Shown here: positions 28,262 through 31,093 of the stretch, piece after piece | How the letters are laid out: every line of letters starts with the position of its first letter | How positions within the stretch are numbered: the stretch's first letter is position 1 | From: a candidate division WOR-3 bacterium | GTDB lineage: Bacteria; Hydrothermota; Tepidihabitantia; SM23-42; JAOAFX01 | Direction: 5' to 3' | Length of the DNA: 31,093 nt | Assembly (NCBI GenBank): GCA_039802265.1 | Contig: JBDRWI010000024.1 | Coordinates: 1-31,093 of the forward strand | The notes under the pieces: generated by a model | Seen by the model: only the letters and a program-made list of their open reading frames with translations | Told to the model about the DNA's origin: nothing | Databases searched by the model: none | Translations under genes and position numbers: made by a program

Positions 28262-28289
28262 TTGATTTTGTAATTATTTTGGGTAAAAT
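28262..28289 (+). promoter_or_regulatory. Putative sigma70 promoter for the FG-GAP protein gene
   Basis: TTGATT (28262-28267), 16 nt, TAAAAT (28284-28289); AGGAG before ATG 28310. Confidence 0.5.
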
Positions 28290-28309
28290 ACGAAAAAGAG
28301 AGGAGAACT

Positions 28310-29917
28310 ATGACCAGGATTATAGTTTTTTTGTTGACGATGATACCTTACCCCGGTCAGCCGGACTGGGAATCCATAGACACCGATTTTTCTACGGGTG
28401 GGGCACTGGTTGATATTGACCTTGACGGCGATATTGATTTTATCACCGGTAACGGTAATGATATGGCACAGAATCCCAATCGTGTTTACTACAATCTCAA
28501 TGATACACTGCCCCATATTGCCAATTGGTCTTCAGGTGACATTGGGTATAATGCCCATATCAGTCTCGGCGATATAAACTATGATGGCTACCCGGACCTG
28601 GCGGTGGCAAATTATGGCGACCCTTATGCACCCCAGTATGATAAACTTTACTACAATCAATCGGGTACATTTCAAACAATCTCGGGCTGGCATCCTTCCG
28701 ACCTTGATAATTCCTTTGCCTGTGCATTCGGGGATATGGATGGAGACGGGGATTTGGACCTGGCAATTGCCTGTGGTGAATCTTATGGGGATAGTGCCCA
28801 GCGGGCAAAGGTGTATTTAAATAACAATGGTGTTATGGATACAATTCCGACCTGGCAATCGAATGTTGTTTCATATTTTTACGATGTGTCATGGGTTGAT
28901 ATTGATAGTGACGGCGACCTTGACCTTGGTCTTGCAAGAGACTATGGTCCAAATCTTATCTACCTGAACACCGGGGGTATGCTCGGCTCAACACCCTACT
29001 GGCAGTCAGCAAATTCATTGGGAACATTAAAGATCGCCTTTGGTGATGTGGACAATGACGGCGATCTGGATATGGTCTGTGCAAATAATGCACAACTTGG
29101 TGGGGTTAGTAATTGCGAATTATACTTGAACAATGGTGTTACACTCGCCACAACTCCGGCCTGGACAAGTGCAAATCTTAATTATTATTCCTGTGTTGCC
29201 TTGGGTGATGTGGACCAGGATGGCGATCTTGACCTTGCCGCTGGTGGCTGGTGGGAGTCGATAAAGGTCTTTGAAAATATCGGTGGAACATTTCCTCAGG
29301 TGCCCACCTGGCAATGGAGCCCGACCAATCCTTACAATCTTGTATGTGAAAATATAAGTTTTGGTGATGTGGATAATACCGAGATAAATACCATTAATGG
29401 CGAGCCCCATATCGTAACACCAACCCAGAGGGTGTTTTATCTTAATAACAGATGGATAAAAAGGATTATCCGGGTAAGGCGCCTAAGTGGTGATTTGAAT
29501 CAGGATGAATACTGTTTCTCTTATATTGACGGCTGGATTTCAATAAAGAATCTAATCACTCAGATTGAAACAGTCTGGGTGGATTATACCTATTCGCGAA
29601 ATCTTGATTTGATTGTCACCAACTGGGACCAGAACCACGGGAATTATCTCTTTTTGAATACATTGACTCCGGGTGTGGCTGATGTGGTAAAGGTAAATAA
29701 CCTCTCATATTTTAACTTCCCCAACCCCAATAACGGAGATTTTGTAATTAATACCAACCTTTCGGAAATAGATTTAATGATTTATGACACTTCGGGCCGA
29801 CTGATAAAGAAACAGACCGGGCGGATGGTGAAGATACCTAAACCAGGTATCTATTTTCTCCAGATTTATCAAAATGGCAGGCTCCTCAAGACCCAGAAAT
29901 TTATCGTCGCCCGCTGA
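28310..29917 (+). CDS. Secreted FG-GAP/VCBS repeat beta-propeller protein with Por/T9SS type A-like C-terminal domain
   Basis: Seven repeats of (G/V)D.D.DGD.DL (the last one interrupted); C-terminus FPNPNNG...IYDTSGRLI...GIYFL...QKFIVAR. Confidence 0.88.
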   Translation: MTRIIVFLLTMIPYPGQPDWESIDTDFSTGGALVDIDLDGDIDFITGNGNDMAQNPNRVYYNLNDTLPHIANWSSGDIGYNAHISLGDINYDGYPDLAVANYGDPYAPQYDKLYYNQSGTFQTISGWHPSDLDNSFACAFGDMDGDGDLDLAIACGESYGDSAQRAKVYLNNNGVMDTIPTWQSNVVSYFYDVSWVDIDSDGDLDLGLARDYGPNLIYLNTGGMLGSTPYWQSANSLGTLKIAFGDVDNDGDLDMVCANNAQLGGVSNCELYLNNGVTLATTPAWTSANLNYYSCVALGDVDQDGDLDLAAGGWWESIKVFENIGGTFPQVPTWQWSPTNPYNLVCENISFGDVDNTEINTINGEPHIVTPTQRVFYLNNRWIKRIIRVRRLSGDLNQDEYCFSYIDGWISIKNLITQIETVWVDYTYSRNLDLIVTNWDQNHGNYLFLNTLTPGVADVVKVNNLSYFNFPNPNNGDFVINTNLSEIDLMIYDTSGRLIKKQTGRMVKIPKPGIYFLQIYQNGRLLKTQKFIVAR

Positions 29918-29938
29918 GTATTTGTAATACCGATATCG

Positions 29939-30550
29939 CTATTTGATTTTGAATTCAATCGTCCTTGCCACCCATACCCGGACCAACCGGTCGCGCTGTC
30001 GGGCAGGCGTAAAGATAGATTTTCGTGCCGCGGAGATTGCAGCCTCATCAAGGAGGGTGCTGCCACTTGATTTTATGACCTGAACATCAATCACCTTACC
30101 ATCTATATCCACCAGCATCTGCACCACCGTCTTACCTTCAATCCCCGCCTGCAAGGCAAGGGATGGATATTCAACCTGGGGCATATAAACTGGCTGGGGT
30201 TTTATCTCTACTTTATAATAGGGTACAATTTCAATCTCCGGTCCTGATGGCTTTGTGGGAATTATATCTTCAATAAGGTCGGTGGGCGTAATTGTTGCTA
30301 TACCTTCATCAGGATTAGTCGCGGGTATCACTACCTGGGGTGGTTTGGGTCGCACATCATTATCGATTGGCTCAATCTGTTTATCAATCTCGGTGGTTAT
30401 CTCATTTACCATCCCGATGACCTCCTTTGTCAGTTTGTATGGTTCGGGTTCTGCATAGGGCAGGGTGAGAAAGAGGAACAGGATTATAATGATTGCACAG
30501 AGGATTCCTGCCCTTATATATATCCCATATGTCCTCTTATGGTCTCTCAT
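29939..30550 (-). CDS. tonB: TonB family energy transducer (TM anchor, Pro-rich linker, TonB C-terminal domain)
   Basis: YPSLALQAGIEGKTVV...VDIDGKV...SSG...LDEAAISAA...FTPA. Start moved to ATG 30550, which follows GAGGAGG, instead of the TTG at 30577. Confidence 0.88.
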   Translation of the reverse strand: MRDHKRTYGIYIRAGILCAIIIILFLFLTLPYAEPEPYKLTKEVIGMVNEITTEIDKQIEPIDNDVRPKPPQVVIPATNPDEGIATITPTDLIEDIIPTKPSGPEIEIVPYYKVEIKPQPVYMPQVEYPSLALQAGIEGKTVVQMLVDIDGKVIDVQVIKSSGSTLLDEAAISAARKSIFTPARQRDRLVRVWVARTIEFKIK

Positions 30551-30730
30551 TTCTGCCTCCTCAATATATATATACAATGGTTATTTAAAATTATTCCCAA
30601 CGAGCGTATATGGTATATTTAAATGTTTCCGGGGTTAAGGTATGAGTTTTCTATTACACTAATCCGCAATCTATGGTATATAATATCGTCCTCTTTATCG
30701 CCCGGAAAAGTCCCAAAGGAGATTTAATGG

Positions 30731-30843
30731 TTAAGTTTAGATTTGGAAATAGGATAGGGTTTGAATTGCTGGTTTTGTTTGATGAAATACCTTTACAGAC
30801 CTTATAGACAACACCCAATCCTGTTTCCCAACTAAAATCTTAA
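30731..30843. repeat. Long imperfect inverted repeat (about 33-35 bp arms, 45-nt loop)
   Basis: ttaagtttagatttggaaataggatagggtttg (30731-30763) versus caacacccaatcctgtttcccaactaaaatcttaa (30809-30843). Confidence 0.65.
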
Positions 30844-31093
30844 AACAACCAGAGAACTTGCCAATACCTAATCCAGATCTCACCATTTACACGAATTACA
30901 GAATTAGGCAATAACCCCTCAAAAACTTAAAAATTTCACCTTGCCAAAACCTCCTTCCACCACAATCACAATCTTTGACCGTAACTCTGAGATACTAAAC
31001 TGCAAAATATTTTTAGACATTTCTGTTCAATTTTATCTTGCCAGAATTTATCACCCGGATAATCTGTATCTGAAGTCCGTCGGTACCCCCGTT

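Noticed and set aside
31081..31093. cggtacccccgtt resembling the reverse complement of a tRNA acceptor-stem 3' end
   Set aside because: Only 13 nt at the window edge, with no T-arm or CCA visible
26605..31093. Sigma54 -24/-12 promoters near rpoN or tonB
   Set aside because: The intergenic TGGCA occurrences I checked lack GC at the required GG-N10-GC spacing
1..31093. CRISPR array, IS/transposase, integrase, prophage, rRNA, recoded stop codons
   Set aside because: No regularly spaced direct repeats or mobile-element genes seen; recognised genes appear full length in the standard code

Overview
Bacterial chromosomal window of mostly housekeeping genes, moderately AT-rich, from a probably anaerobic diderm. 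Por/T9SS-like C-terminal domains, a DUF4837-like lipoprotein, TonB and very short signal peptides suggest an FCB-related or WOR-3-like lineage; this is inference only. Left part: tail of a probable UROD/MtaA-like gene, an HgdC-type activase, tricorn protease, a secreted repeat protein, arcC, ino1-tmk-ctpA and a PurS-fused purL. Right part: minus-strand runs of TPR protein-accB-pilT-accC, a lipoprotein, and lipoprotein-birA-coaX-tsaE-tsaB-rimI-hypothetical-STAND adenylate cyclase, then rpoN, an FG-GAP secreted protein and an orphan tonB. I saw no CRISPR array, transposase, integrase, prophage, rRNA or complete tRNA, and no clearly complete novel multi-gene system. Most notable observations: 7 of 8 near-consensus sigma70 promoters have a 16-bp spacer; two genes look leaderless with GTG starts; a PilT/PilU ATPase is wedged between accB and accC; a STAND cyclase is coupled to a housekeeping operon; sigma54 has a Gln-poor Region I; and several intergenic palindromes occur, one overlapping a small SD-led ORF.
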